Assembly: GCA_013239625.1 (NCBI GenBank)
Contig: MU055008.1
Coordinates: forward strand, 5,393,401 to 5,457,400
Direction of reading: 5' to 3'
Source: Lama guanicoe
Taxonomy: Eukaryota
Length of the DNA stretch: 64,000 nt
Shown: positions 63,698-64,000 of the stretch, piece by piece
How the letters are laid out: each line of letters opens with the position of its first letter
Position numbering within the stretch: the first letter of the stretch is position 1
Notes under the pieces: generated by a model
Database searches by the model: none
What the model saw: the letters and a program-made list of their open reading frames with translations, nothing else
What the model was told of the DNA's origin: nothing
Program-made: the position numbers and the translations under genes

Positions 63698-64000
63698 GTA
63701 AGGCTTCTTATATAATGTGATTTTTGAGAATTTTTGCAGCATTATGTTAATTGAGACTATTAACTGAAATATTTGTGGGGGAGAGAGGTGGGGGGTATGT
63801 GGCTCTATTGTGGGTTTTGGGGTTTTGAAATACATCCAGAATACTTTGAGTCAAAAATCAGAAGGTTTTGCCTGAGGATTAACTGTGAAGGAACTTTTAA
63901 AGCTCTCAATATTTAAAAACGTCCACGTCCCTTGACCAATTAGTAAGGCAGGGTTTGGCATTGTGTTTTTTTCATTCGGTGTAGCTTGTAAGTAACCTTT

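Noticed and set aside
5-63835. The many other 60-170 aa ORFs in the six-frame track
   Set aside because: Apart from the TMEM167A ORF none resembles a protein I recognise. Many start at non-ATG codons or lie in repeats, as expected for mammalian intron sequence.
1-64000. CRISPR arrays, operons or other prokaryote-type novel systems
   Set aside because: The sequence is mammalian; there are no regularly spaced repeat-spacer arrays or gene-dense regions.

Overview
Mammalian nuclear DNA, very probably a camelid (camel or alpaca), judged from six copies of a tRNA-derived SINE matching Vic-1 plus cetartiodactyl-type L1 3' ends. The window is almost entirely non-coding and lies on the + strand upstream of RCAN1 (DSCR1/MCIP1) exon 4; by the human gene structure this is inside the long intron after exon 1. 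It ends with the calcineurin-inducible RCAN1.4 promoter (NFAT cluster, NFAT:AP-1 composite, perfect CRE, AP-1, GATA, TATA) and the first coding exon of RCAN1.4 (63611-63697, MHFRNFNYSFSSLIACVANSDIFSESETR), which the ORF track misses. The only other recognisable coding sequence is a processed TMEM167A (Kish-A) retrocopy (46782-48324) with an intact 72-aa ORF, sense to RCAN1 and inserted in an old L1 fragment. The rest is interspersed repeats (L1, L2, MIR, MLT1, an ERV1 solo LTR, LTR16, a Tigger1 derivative, hAT elements), microsatellites, one assembly gap and several candidate enhancers. I see no evidence for a wholly new biological system. The most novel hypotheses are an in-frame RCAN1-exon1/TMEM167A chimeric splice and distal CRE/NFAT enhancers. 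Repeat family names and boundaries were assigned by eye from memory and are approximate unless a TSD is quoted.
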